A DNA stretch of 64,000 nt from Balanoglossus misakiensis (lineage: Eukaryota > Animalia > Hemichordata). Of the stretch, positions 39,569 through 51,425 are shown piece after piece (position 1 is the stretch's first letter; each line of letters opens with the position of its first letter). A program made the position numbers and the translations under genes. The stretch lies in the NCBI GenBank assembly GCA_040954595.2, contig CM082584.2, forward strand, positions 606,281-670,280, in the 5' to 3' direction. Below the pieces are notes generated by a model. That model had not been told where the DNA came from and made no database searches. It saw nothing but the letters and a program-made list of their open reading frames with translations.

Positions 39569-40513
39569 CAACACTACATGTGACCAGACTCTTTGTTCTC
39601 TTGGGACATTATCTATGATAATGCACTGGTACCAGTGCAATATCTGGATATTGCACTGCACCTGGCATAATAAGATTCACTACAACAAACAAGATAGCTT
39701 TGACAGGAGGTGCTGCCTCCGGCGGGAAGAACTGCTTCCAGGTGCACACACTTGGTTCGTCCATCTTTCTTTGTCGTGATCTCTGCGCTGCAGGGCTCAA
39801 CCTTTGGTTGGGGGTTCGTTTCTACCTCACACACGGATTCACCTGAAAGCTTGATTTTTTTCGACGTACCAAAACTTCCCTGAAGTGCCTACGCTGACGT
39901 ACAATCGAACATTCCTGATCAATATAAAACTACAAATTTACAAGTTCCGAGGAAAATGACAGAAAAATGGTACTTACAGACTGAGGATGTGCGCAATGGC
40001 GGCTGCAGGCCAGGAGAAAGGCACCCTTGATTTTCCATGACCGATGGTTTATGTACATTCTCTTCAATGAAGCTACCAAAATCTTGGAAAATCCAGTCCA
40101 TATCGTAAAAGCTACGCCCTTCGCTTTCGCTTGGGTGTCGGAACGTGCTCCATGGGTAATGAAAAGCTCGTGCTCGACGCTACTTTCGGCCATGGTGTTT
40201 GTCTGTCGAAGGTTGAGTTCCGAATGATGATGGAAACGTGGCACCTCAATGACCACGTGACAAATGCCCTGGTTGACAAGTATCCAATCGAAATGAGTCA
40301 TACACCAGGTGTATTTTGCGACGCTTGTGATTGGTTGATGTGGTTGAGAAGTTGTTTAGCATATATCAAGATCACAGATGTTGCGACGTATTGTAAGCCG
40401 GATAATGTACTCGTGTCGTGCAATCGTTCAGATATTGAACGACACTCGGGCCTGCGGCCCTCGTGTCGTTCAATATCTGAACGATTGCACTCCACTCGTA
40501 CATTATCCTTTAC
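39569..40513. mobile_element. 945-bp non-satellite insertion in an 81-bp monomer; probable fragment or non-autonomous DNA element (Crypton-like terminus suspected)
   Basis: Interrupts cactagcgtt(c/t)gtta|gcaacg with tta on both sides (39,566-39,568 and 40,514-40,516); long terminal hairpin; CCAAT and CACGTG motifs inside. The family assignment is inference. Confidence 0.6.
40400..40508 (-). repeat. 109-nt hairpin with three tandem GA/GA mismatches and a GCA triloop
   Basis: Minus strand reads GGATAATGTAC-GA-GTG-GA-(28 bp)-GA-GGGCC-GCA-GGCCC-GA-(28 bp)-GA-CAC-GA-GTACATTATCC. Confidence 0.95.
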
Positions 40514-43500
40514 TTAGCAACGTTGATCAAGTCAGATTTCCTACGGCACGGTTCGACTAAAAACCCGGCACACCATGACAGACACTACCGTTCGTTAGCA
40601 ACGGAGATCAAGTCGGATTTCCTTCGGCCTGGCTCTGCAAAAGACCCGACACTCTAGTACAAAGACGTTGGCTAAGTCGGGCAAACCGAAGAGGGAAAGT
40701 CACAGCGGCTCAATCGTCGACATTTGTTCGGGTAGGACTGCATTATTGCCCGTCAATTTATTGAGAAAGCCCGAATTTAACCAGGGCGTTTCAAACACCG
40801 ACGTTAGTTGGGGGCACGGCCTGCAGTACTGCCGGGTAAGCTGACATCGGCGTACCGCATATAATGTAGGGAGGGGGGGAACAGAACGGTTCAATACTAC
40901 ATTTATTAGATATCAGCTAATTTTGGACAATCATCTAAAATCTAAATCATTTTTACATATTTGGATATCTGATGATGTATGAAATTTCCATTATATGTTC
41001 AAATGGTGCTGATTATAAAAAATGCACTCTGAATGAGCTGATTTAATACAAAATTGCGTTTTATTCGTTTTTGCACAAAAAAGGTCATTTTTAGGTAAAA
41101 CATTCTTTATTTTATTAATTCGGTGACCTGATCATATATAAACAATTGCTTGTATGTTAACATTTTTTATGACTTTTAAAAGCAGTGACACTGGCGGCAT
41201 TCAACACGAAAATAACAATTTTAGCCACAATTTGGTCAAAATGGTAATTTTTTGAAAATTACAAAAAATACCTGTTTTCTACATTTTCGGAAATCTGATG
41301 GAGTATAGAATGCTCTTCGTATGTATATATCGATACAAATTCCACAAAAGAGCGCCTAATTTGGCTCACTGCAGACAAAATTGCGATTTACCAAATTTTC
41401 CTTGAAAATGTCATTTTTAGAAAAAAAAAAAAAACCTTTGTTCTTCGAATTTGGTGCCCTGATCATATATTACATGTTGATTGTATGTTAAGACTTTCGA
41501 CCACTCCAAAAATGCAGAGATATTGACGGAATTCAAGAAAAAATAGCCATTTTGGCCATATTTTGACAAAAATGGTAAATTTTTAAAAACACATAAAAAA
41601 TTAACTCTTTTCTTCATTTTCGGAAATATTATGGAGCATGAAGTGTCATTCTCTTGTAAAAAGTGCTGCAAATTCCAGAAAAGGCGGTATAATTTGAATC
41701 ACCCAAGACAAAATTACCATTTTCGTCTTTTTTCGAAAAATTGTCTGTTTCACAAAATAAATAAGAATAAATTCTTTTCTTAGTTTCAAACGGGTAGAGA
41801 TACTTTCCACACGGGTTTTCTAACATTGAATTCCCGTTCATCAACTCAGATTTCCTACAGAATAAGTCGGATAAAACCCTGACACTCTAGAGCAGAAACA
41901 GTTGCACACTGGTAACGTTGAACAAGTCGATTTTTCTACGGCCTGGCTCGGCTAAATCTCCGTCACAATATGACAGACACTAGCGTACGTTAGCAACGGT
42001 GATCATGTCAGATTTTCTACGACATGGCTTGGATAAAGCCCCGGCACTCTAGAGCAGAAACACGCGTACAGAGACCACGTTGATCTACTCACATTTCCTT
42101 CGGCCTGGCACGGCTGATGCCCAGGCACTATATATAGGACACAGACTGGCGTAAGTTAACAACGGTAATCACGTCGGGTTTCCTTCGGCCTGGCTCAGCT
42201 GAAGCCCCGGCACTCTAGAGCAGAAACAGGCGTACATTGACCACGTTGATCAAGTCAGATTTCCTACGGCGTGACTCGGCTGGTGCACCGGCTCTATATG
42301 ACACAGACTGGCGTAAGTTATCAACGGTGATTACGTCGGATTTCCTACGGCCTGGTTTAGCTGAAGCCCCGGCACTTTAGAGCGGAAACACGCGTACATT
42401 GACCACGATGATCAAGTCAGATCTCCTACGGCCTGGCTCGACTAAAACCCCGGCACACCATGACAGACACTAGCGTTCGTTAGCAACGGTGATCAAGTTG
42501 GATTTCCTTCGGCCTGGCTCTGCAAAAGACCCGACACATTAGTACAAAGACGTTGGCTAAGTCGGGCAAACCGAAGACGGAAAGCCACAGCGGGTCAACA
42601 CTCGACATTTGTTCGGGTAGGACTGCATTATTGCCTGTCAATTTATAGAGAAAGCTCGAATTTAACCAGGGCGTTTCAAACACCGAAGTTAGTTGGGGGC
42701 ACGGCCTGCAGTACTGCCGGGTAAGCTGACATCGGCGTACCGCATGTAATGTAGGGGGGGGGGACAGAACGGTTCAATACTACATTTATCAGATATCAGC
42801 TAATTTTGGACAATCATCTTAAATATATCTAATTCATTTTTTCATATTTGGATATCTGATGATGTATGAAATTTCCATTATATGTAAAAATGGTGCTGAT
42901 TATAAAAATGCACTCTGAATGAGCTGATTTAATACAAAATTGCGTTTTATTCGTTTTTGCACCAAAAAGGTCATTTTTAGGCAAAACATTCTTTATTTTT
43001 TTAATTCGGTGACCTGATCATATATAAACAACATGCTTGTATGTTAAAAGTTTTTATGACTTTTAAAAGCAGTGACACTGGCGGCATTCAACACGAAAAT
43101 AACAATTTTAGCCACAATTTGGTCAAAATGGTAAATTTTTGAAAATTACAAAAAATACCTGTTTTCTACATTTTCGGAAATCTGATTGAGTATAGAATGC
43201 TCTTCGTATGTATATATCGATACAAATTCCACAAAATACCGTCTAATTTGGCTCACTGCAGACAAAATTGCGTTTTACCAAATTTTCCTTGAAAATGTCA
43301 TTTTTAGAAAAAAAATAAAAAAACCTTTGTTCTTCGATTTTGGTGCCCTGATCATATATGACATGTTGATTGTATGTTAAAACTTTCGACCACTCCAAAA
43401 ATGCAGAGATATTGACGGAATTCAAGAAAAAATAGCCATTTTTGCCATATTTTGACAAAAATGGTAAATTTTAAAAAAATCTTAAAAAATTAACTCTTTT

Positions 43501-44414
43501 CTTCATTTTCGGAAATATTATGGAGCATGAAGTGTCGTTCTCTTGTAAAAAGTGCTGCAAATTCCAGAAAAAGCGGTATAATTTGAATCACCCAAGACAA
43601 AATTACCATTTTCGACATTTTTCGAAAAATTGTCTTTTTTACAAAATAAATAAGAATAAATTCTTTTCTTAGTTTCAAACGGGTAGAGATACTTTCCACA
43701 CGTGTTTTCTAACATTGAATTCCCGTTCATCAACTCAGATTTCCTACAGCATAAGTCGGCTAAAACCCTGACACTCTAGAGCAGAAACAGTTGCACACTG
43801 GTAACGTTGAACAAGTCGATTTTTCTACGGCCTGGCTCGGCTAAATCTCCGTCACAATATGACAGACACTAGCGTACGTTAGCAACGGTGATCAAGTCAG
43901 ATTTTCTACGGCATGGCTTGGATAAAGCCCCGGCACTCTAGAGCAGAAACACGCGTACAGAGACCACGTTGATCAAGTCTGATCTCCTACGGCTTGGCTC
44001 GACTAAAACCCCGGCACACTATGACAGACACTAGCGTTCGTTAGCAACGAACACGATTGGGAATATTTTGGGATAATTGGATTTGGTACAGTTTGCCAAA
44101 AATGATGGAAAAATATCTTACCAGACTGTAATTTTCACTACAGGCTGAGTTAAATTGCTTAATTTAAACCACTCTGCTGTGCAATTAAATTTCTTTCATT
44201 TTTTTTCATATTATCCAGCCAAACGTAACACTTTTATAAATGTCAAAGAATATATATATAATGAAAAATTGAAAAGCTTCCACTATCATAGAATAATGTC
44301 TACATGTATGAAATTACATTTTTTTCATCATTTACCTATTTTTAATTTTTGAGTGTTGTCAAGTTGCAACAGCATGTGTAAATGGCCTTATTCTAACTTA
44401 TATTGAATAAATAC

Positions 44415-47400
44415 CTCTGGAACGGTTTTCCACATGGCAGTATGCCGGTTGAACGTAGCAGTTTTTTTCCTTCTTGAGAACTCCCAGAACGTCACTGATC
44501 TGCATAACATCACAAATTATTGCAATATTATACATCTTCTTTTGTGAATCACAGTTGACAGCTTTTATCATGACGACCAATCGGTTGATATCATCAACAG
44601 ACCATTCCTACAAGAAAAAATACGTTGAGTGTCATTAATAAAACTGTCATTGTGTAGTTGTACTCACAATGATAACTGTATATACAGTCAGTGTTGACAA
44701 GAATGACACTGGCAGTTTCAACAAGATAGAAATAGCTGTTGTTCATACAGCGCAGTTAATGCCGGTCCCATATCATTTTTGTTATTAACCATGAACACAA
44801 GTTGTAGACTGAGTGATATTCAGATATCAGTGAATACAATCACAGTTATATAGTTTTTAATGAGCTTTTAATCAAATTGATGGATTCATACCAGTGGAAG
44901 TACACGGGTGTAAGGTCATGAAGAGGTCATGGAAACGGCTAATTGGTTGCAAACATGTATGTGACAAGAGTAGAATTTTGAAATAAAAATAACTTACCTT
45001 AGGCATATCAATCAATGTTAAGTCAATGCCAGAAAACCCTGGGCAGTGTTCCTTTAGGAGAACTGTATTTAAATTTTGGACAGCCTCTGAGATCGTAAAA
45101 GCATATGTCCCATTTTGGGAATATGCTGCAGCCTTTTTCGTGTTATCTTTGTACTTCTCCAACAGAAGCAACCGCTGACAGTAGTTGACAAATCCGTCTG
45201 GAATTCCTCTGGAGAAGGACAGCTTGGTAAATTCCTCCAGTCTCTCACGTTTTGCTTCTTTCGGAAATCGTTCAGTCGCTTCTTTCCACCCACCATCCAA
45301 ACAGTTTGTCTGTTGACAAAAGCTCCTCTGTATAATGTCTAACTTTTTCAGAGTCGATGCCTCCTTACACATTTCAGCATATGACATAGTGCTGTCAATT
45401 ACATTTTCCAACAGCAGGCGCTGATCCTCAGTGTCTATACAGAAAAAGTCTTGGAGTTTGCTGTAGGGTAGAACAGGTCGATTCTTATACTCTTCTCCTT
45501 TTAACTTCTGGTCTTTGGTTGCCCCATCTTCATACATCTCTATAACAGACATCATCAGCTCAAAGTTTTCAACCATGGATGAAATCCCATAAATAGTTTG
45601 CATCATGGCACTGTTGACTCTCTGTAAAATGAAAAAAAAAATGATTACAAAATTGTTTTCATACAAGTATAGTCATAAAATCATACTACTTAGACCGATT
45701 TCACACATATTTATAAGTAACTATAAATCAGTGGAATCCAAAAAAAAAAATCATTGAGGAATATTTGCCAATTTGTGTGAGGTGTTTATGTATTGGTTGT
45801 TTCGTCTGTTATTGTCAAATACTATACCTTGTCAAATTGATTTTCATAGAAAGCTAAAGCTCTATATACACAATGTCATTCATAATATTTTCTAAATCAT
45901 ATTGGGACATCAATCAGGAGAGTTTTTGTACATGGTAAAAAAGCATTGAAAGCTGGAAGGAATTAGAGACATAAGATATCTATGGAGTAATTTTCCTTCA
46001 GGACAACATCGGGTCTGACTACAATCAATATAAGAAATATTAAAAACCACTGAAAACATGGTAAAGCTGCACAAATATAAATACATGTACTTGCCTCTTT
46101 CAAAATCAAAGCACACGATTTTTCCCAATTCGCTTTGTCGTCCTCATTTCTTGTTCTTTCATAGAGTTCTCTACACACTTTGACCTACAAACACAAGAAT
46201 AGATTACAGCCATTATTAGTCAATACTGTGTGTACTAACATTTCATATTAATTAGTATCCCAGCAATTAATTGCTCCTGAATGCAAAGTGAGATGAAATG
46301 CAGAAGAATACCAGTTTTTTGTGTTAAAACAAACAAGCTCCAATGATAATCATTTTTGATATTGTGAACATGTCAGCCGATGGAACATCAGTGATCTCAC
46401 AAAAAATCATATTTGTGCATAAATAAAAAACTAAAGCTATATGAATTTTCTCCATCATTCAACTTCTGTCAGTGTTGTTTCAACTTTTTTTAAGAGTTTT
46501 TTTTTTTTTGGGGGGGGGTGCAGATATGAAGTAGCTAAAAAGCATACCAGCTAAAAGATGTGTTTCAGAGTACAATCTTGTTGTTAAATTCAGGACAATA
46601 GTGACTAGGACAGAAGCCAATAACACTGCAATGTAATGTTTCTTACAATTCCTAAAACTTTATTTCCCAACATTGTCTTATCTGTGTTGAATTAGGATTT
46701 GATTTGTAATTGTCATGATCATTATAACACTCATTCACATCACACACATTACCTTATCTTTAAAGCTCATCTTGCTGTGCTGTTGCATTGTGATGTTGTG
46801 TTGGTTGCCTAACCACAGTCTCTGCTCCTCATTCAAGTCAGCATACACCACAGCATATCTGGACTGCAGCTCTTCCCTATCGGGGTATTTTTCAGCCAGA
46901 TTCTTTACAGCAAGATACGAGTGTTGGTCTCCAATCACTTCGTAAGTGTAACCATTGACCTAAAATTTGCAATTAATATATACATTAAAATTAACATGGG
47001 TTATGAATCTAATTTTCAAATCAATCCAACCAGCAGTTTTCAAGATTTATACTGATCACTCTCATGTTTGTTTCAGCTAATATGATGGTAGTGTCAAACA
47101 AAATCTCAATCCAGTGTGCAACTAGAAAAATAATAAAAGATGATCCATCCATTGTTTCCAAAATATTTGTAGAGGAAACTATTATGTCATATACATGTAC
47201 GCAAATGTACATTTTCCAGCCAATAGGAACTTAGCTTGCCATACATATCCCAAATAGGAGCAAAGAATATTATGGCATAACATATAAACCTGTCCAAATA
47301 AATCAGACTGATCATGCAAATGAACAATAAAACCACTGTCCTTGTTAGCCTTAGAAATAAGAAATAAATTGTATTACAGTAATATACATTTTTTGCACTT

Positions 47401-50400
47401 ACATTGCTGTCTCTGAAGTTTAGCTTGGTTTCTCCCTTCAAAACGACAGCAAGTGGCTGATATGCTTCGTTGTAGAACTCCTCCATATACTCCTGAAGGT
47501 GCCTTACCCAATCTTCATTTACTTCACGGATTTGTTTTCCAACTTCCATTGATTTGATGCTTATAAGATATGTTCCTATGAAATGGTGAAATATCAAATA
47601 CCATTGTCAATTATATTCACAAAGATTACTCATAAAAACAGAAAATCTTTTTCTGTATTGATATTGTTACTGTAAGTTACTGTTACAAGTTTATTGCTAA
47701 AATGCACACAATATTGCTTCAGCCGTGCACGTATTACAATATGGGACTTTCTAGCTGAATTTAGTTACCACCGTATAAAACAAGTCTTTCTAGAAAGATA
47801 CAAGCTGCCACTTCTAGTGTCTAAGCTTGATTCACGTTTACATACCAATATGACAACTTCTGATACTTTTCTTCATCGCTTCGGTTTCTTTGTCAATTTC
47901 AGCAACCTTTTCGTGTATTTTCTTTCGCTTTTGTAGAGATGGTATGGCCAGTGCTCTGGCTTGATCACACAGCCTTTTCCTCTTCCTTGATTTTTTTTTC
48001 CTTGGAGTTTGAGTTCTGGATAAAAGAAAAAATACACAGAATTACTTCTTTTTGTGAAGAAGCAAATTTTTAGATAAGTAGGAAAGAAACGTAGTTTCAC
48101 GCATCTCAGACATCATGCATCATTCTTAAACACATTTTGAGTTCATCATTGTCATAAAAGTCTAGTGAGAGACTTATCAAGCAATATGTCCCTGATTATG
48201 TTGCAATTTCAAAGATGAAATGAACTCATGGTTTTAATCTAGAAAGAAAACATGACACATTTTGCATCTTTCATGACATGTCCATTGCCAGATATTTATC
48301 TGCTGTGTTCTGCTAGAAATTTACCTGTAGAAAATGTTAAAGCCAAAAATCATGTTGGACTCTCACAGGAATTTCAAGTCGTTCAAAAAATGTTTATAGG
48401 GATAAACTGTGTTTACGCCATCTTGGAAATTTGCAGTGCATTATGGGTCAATTGAGTTCCGGTTGGGGGGGAGTAGCGTCTACAACCTATCCAATTTTCC
48501 AGCGATTTTGTCAGATTTTCTTCAAGTAACGTTAGTAGTTGTAGTTACATGAAGAAAATTTGACTAAACCGCTGAAAAATTGGATAGGTTGTAGACGCTA
48601 CTCCCCCCAAACCGGAACTCAATTGACCCATAATGCACTGCAAATTTCCAAGATGGCGTAAACACAGTTTATCCCTATAGGGTAGGTTTGGTTACTTTAA
48701 ACTGACAATATATTTGTGAGCCTCAACACTTACCCTGCGGTATTTGGTTCTGAACTAGGGTTATTTTCCTCTACACTTGGGCAATCTTCCTCTTCATCCA
48801 TGTCATCTTCATCAGGCAATTCCACACTTGACACAGACATAGTACTGCACGGTGATGAACTTGTCTCCCCATCTTGATTTTTTTCCAATTCCAGCAGCCT
48901 ATTGAACTCTTCTGCGAAGTCAACTGGAGTCTGATAATCTCGTAATTTCCGAGAAAATTCACTCTTGTTCCAGGTGAACGATGAACGAGAGAGCTTGAAG
49001 GGATTTTCAACTGGAAGGCTGAATACAATCTAGTATGAGAAATAACAGTTTGTTAGTGAACTATAGTTTCAAAAGTTACTACATCAAGCACAGCACCAAC
49101 ATAAATCTACACAGCTTAGCTTGAATGGTCTGGTAGTCTATGCACCAAAATAAACATGTTTTGCTTGCAAAGATGTTGCTGCAGTTGCCTTAGGGTTTGA
49201 GCGATGCTGTTATGACATATGGGCAAATCCATCTTGAAAATCCCACAGCATTACGATATGATTATAAACTTAATCTGAACTCTGAATGATGGTTCTGTGG
49301 GAGAAAGATTGAAAATAGCGTTGTTTCTTGGTGCAACATCTACAATATGGCTCCAGTGACATGCCTCCCAGTTTACCCCTCCGATTGCCCCATAATGTTT
49401 TGCGATTTTTTAAAAGAACCCTTATCATAGTCTTGGTTACCCAGACTCCTCTTTTTCTCCCTTTGGGCACTCCAGAAAGAAGGTCTAGGGGAAATACCAC
49501 GACTAAGCTTTTCACTGAGCCAATGGCCGGCCACGGCAAATAAGAAATTCACATGAACATACATGTATGGCATAGTCAGCAGCACAGTGGATTCCCAACA
49601 ATACAAAACTGGTCAGTTTTTTTTTTTCAATCTGTGGCATGTTATTGAATGTGGTTTATTGAATGTGGTCAGGTGCACAAGAAAAGCTAGAACTGATTTG
49701 AAAAACTGATTGGCCCATGTATAACGCCCCTGCTTTAGCTGGGTATGTAGAGAACTACGCGAGGCCCTAGTGTTTTCTGGTTTCCAATTTTCAAAGACAA
49801 TGTTACGCCAATGTTGTACCTTTTTCGGGTCCCAAACACGTTCGACGACGTCACGTCGTCAGGTTAAAAGTCATTTCAAAGCCCGGGAACTCACATACCT
49901 ACACAACGCAGGGCTAAGGCTATGACGTCATGATGCAAAACCCATACTTTTCATTAGCTTTGTGTACACGATCAACGCCGCTGGTTTGGGAAACGCGATC
50001 GTTGATCGAGTATTGCATAGCCACATACGATTCAATGAATTTGAGTGGCCTGGAGCACAGTCGCCTGGGAGTTGGGTCGTAAACACTGCGCCGTGTATAC
50101 GATCCAACTCCCAGTCGACTGTGCCTAGTCTAGGGATACCACAAGCATTTGTAATGGCGCCCATTTTTGAAGTTGGCTAAATAAACGGATCACGACCGGA
50201 ACTGAAGCAAGATAAGACCTTAAATACTTACCTTGACAAAGTCATCGTTTTTTTCGGCATGGGCACCACTATCATAGGCTACAACTGTCCTTACTGCGCT
50301 GTATGGAGTGCTTTTCTTTTTCGGATGAAGTTTTGAGGGGCCACTGTCCTTGTAGTCGAAATATACAAACACGGCATCGTTTTCCCGTTCGAACCACCAA

Positions 50401-50417
50401 CGGCGCGCTCTAGGCAT
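44415..50417 (-). CDS. Multi-exon gene (at least ~645 aa): acidic/basic N-terminal region, ParB/Srx-like domain, helical region, start of a possible amino-methyltransferase-like domain; 3' end apparently truncated
   Basis: Phase-compatible exons 50,417-50,232, 49,029-48,734, 48,015-47,846, 47,575-47,403, 46,959-46,753, 46,184-46,095, 45,621-44,998 and 44,607-44,415 (possible further exon from 44,176) join with no stop; caaaATG start; motifs IREVNEDWVRHL, YEVIGDQHS, RYAVVY, HN..MSFKDK; late GIDLTLIDMP. Confidence 0.75.
48395..48679. mobile_element. Palindromic MITE (~280 bp) in intron 2 of the minus-strand gene
   Basis: tatagggataaactgtgtttacgccatc... is matched by ...gatggcgtaaacacagtttatccctata; arms of ~135 bp around a ~13-nt loop; TA or TATA flanks as the likely TSD. 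Confidence 0.88.
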
Positions 50418-51064
50418 TTTGGACAGGCAATCACTGAGCTCTCGTCGTGTTCTGAATTCATACTGTACAAGTTCAAGTTTATATACACCAACAAGAAGCC
50501 CATGTCGCCGACGAGGCTGGCGACGCTTTGCATAATTAAGTCAATCCGCATTGACATTTCACCTCCCAGGGAATATTTGCATTTTAAAGGTCATGGGGTC
50601 AGCCGTGGCACACACCTGTACACGTACATAGGATCTGGGAGTACATGTATTTGTGACTGCAAAAGTACTAATAATCGATATAGGCCTATACATTAAATAA
50701 ATGTTTTAGATGTGTTGGACAATATTTGCTGGTGTAATTAACACTCCTCCACTCTTCAACGGGGAAATCAGTAAATCAAAATGTATGCAACTGCATGATG
50801 CACCATATAGGGTATGACCGTAATTGTGAACCCGAACATAGAAAGACAAGTCTCTTTATACAGTGTGGCAACAGCTACGTGCCCTCACCGTCCCTCCGAA
50901 CGCCGGCCGAAGCCTATACTAGTACTTAGTAAACTCTTTTTATTTCAACAGAAGGAGTTTGTTTTCCGTAGGTTCGTGTTGCGAAAAATAGGCCAAAGGC
51001 AGCTCTTGCTGGCGAGAATGAGAAATAAATGTGTTCCCGGTCACCCTAAAACTTTTTTTCTTGG

Positions 51065-51425
51065 GAGTTAGCTCTGCGTACAGGTCTGTGTGTTCCCGGC
51101 GTTACACGGTTACCGGTTGAGATAGACATATTGCATACAGGCTTAGGCCCAGGCCTACAGCGAGTTTATTTCCATGGGTAGGCCTAAACACAAAGGTTTT
51201 AGAAAGCGAGCGATTCGGACGTTATAAGAAGTAAATCACATCATATTTGGACTTGTTTAGGTGTTAGAAGTAGACAGGGAAAGGATTTTCCCCCCGCAAA
51301 CATCGAATTTCGGCTGAAAAGCTGCGGCCCGGACGCACCAGTTTTGTCTATGGAGCCGTGCAGGGCCGTGGTGGAGGCCGTGTAACGCCGGGAGCACACA
51401 CACAGACCTGTACGCAGGGTAACTC
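51065..51425. repeat. ~45-bp inverted repeat pair around ~270 bp
   Basis: gagttagctctgcgtacaggtctgtgtgttcccggcgttacacgg (51,065-51,109) versus ccgtgtaacgccgggagcacacacacagacctgtacgcagggtaactc (51,378-51,425). Confidence 0.75.

Larger units (their letters stand above)
37903..44049 (-). repeat. Composite tandem repeat, distal and more diverged units; array ends at 44,049
   Basis: Same unit with more private substitutions and indels; poly-G at ~40,868 and ~42,754; ends mid-monomer at ttagcaacg|aacacg. Confidence 0.93.

Noticed and set aside
4223-43733. Recurrent short ORFs (MESISTRLKLRKE.., MSKYGQNGYF.., MPKNDLFG.., MNRSVPP..)
   Set aside because: Chance frames in the satellite; mostly non-ATG starts, and homopolymer indels shift them between copies.
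49428-49505. Short tagtc...gacta imperfect palindrome resembling a tiny MITE
   Set aside because: Arms are weak and no TSD is visible.
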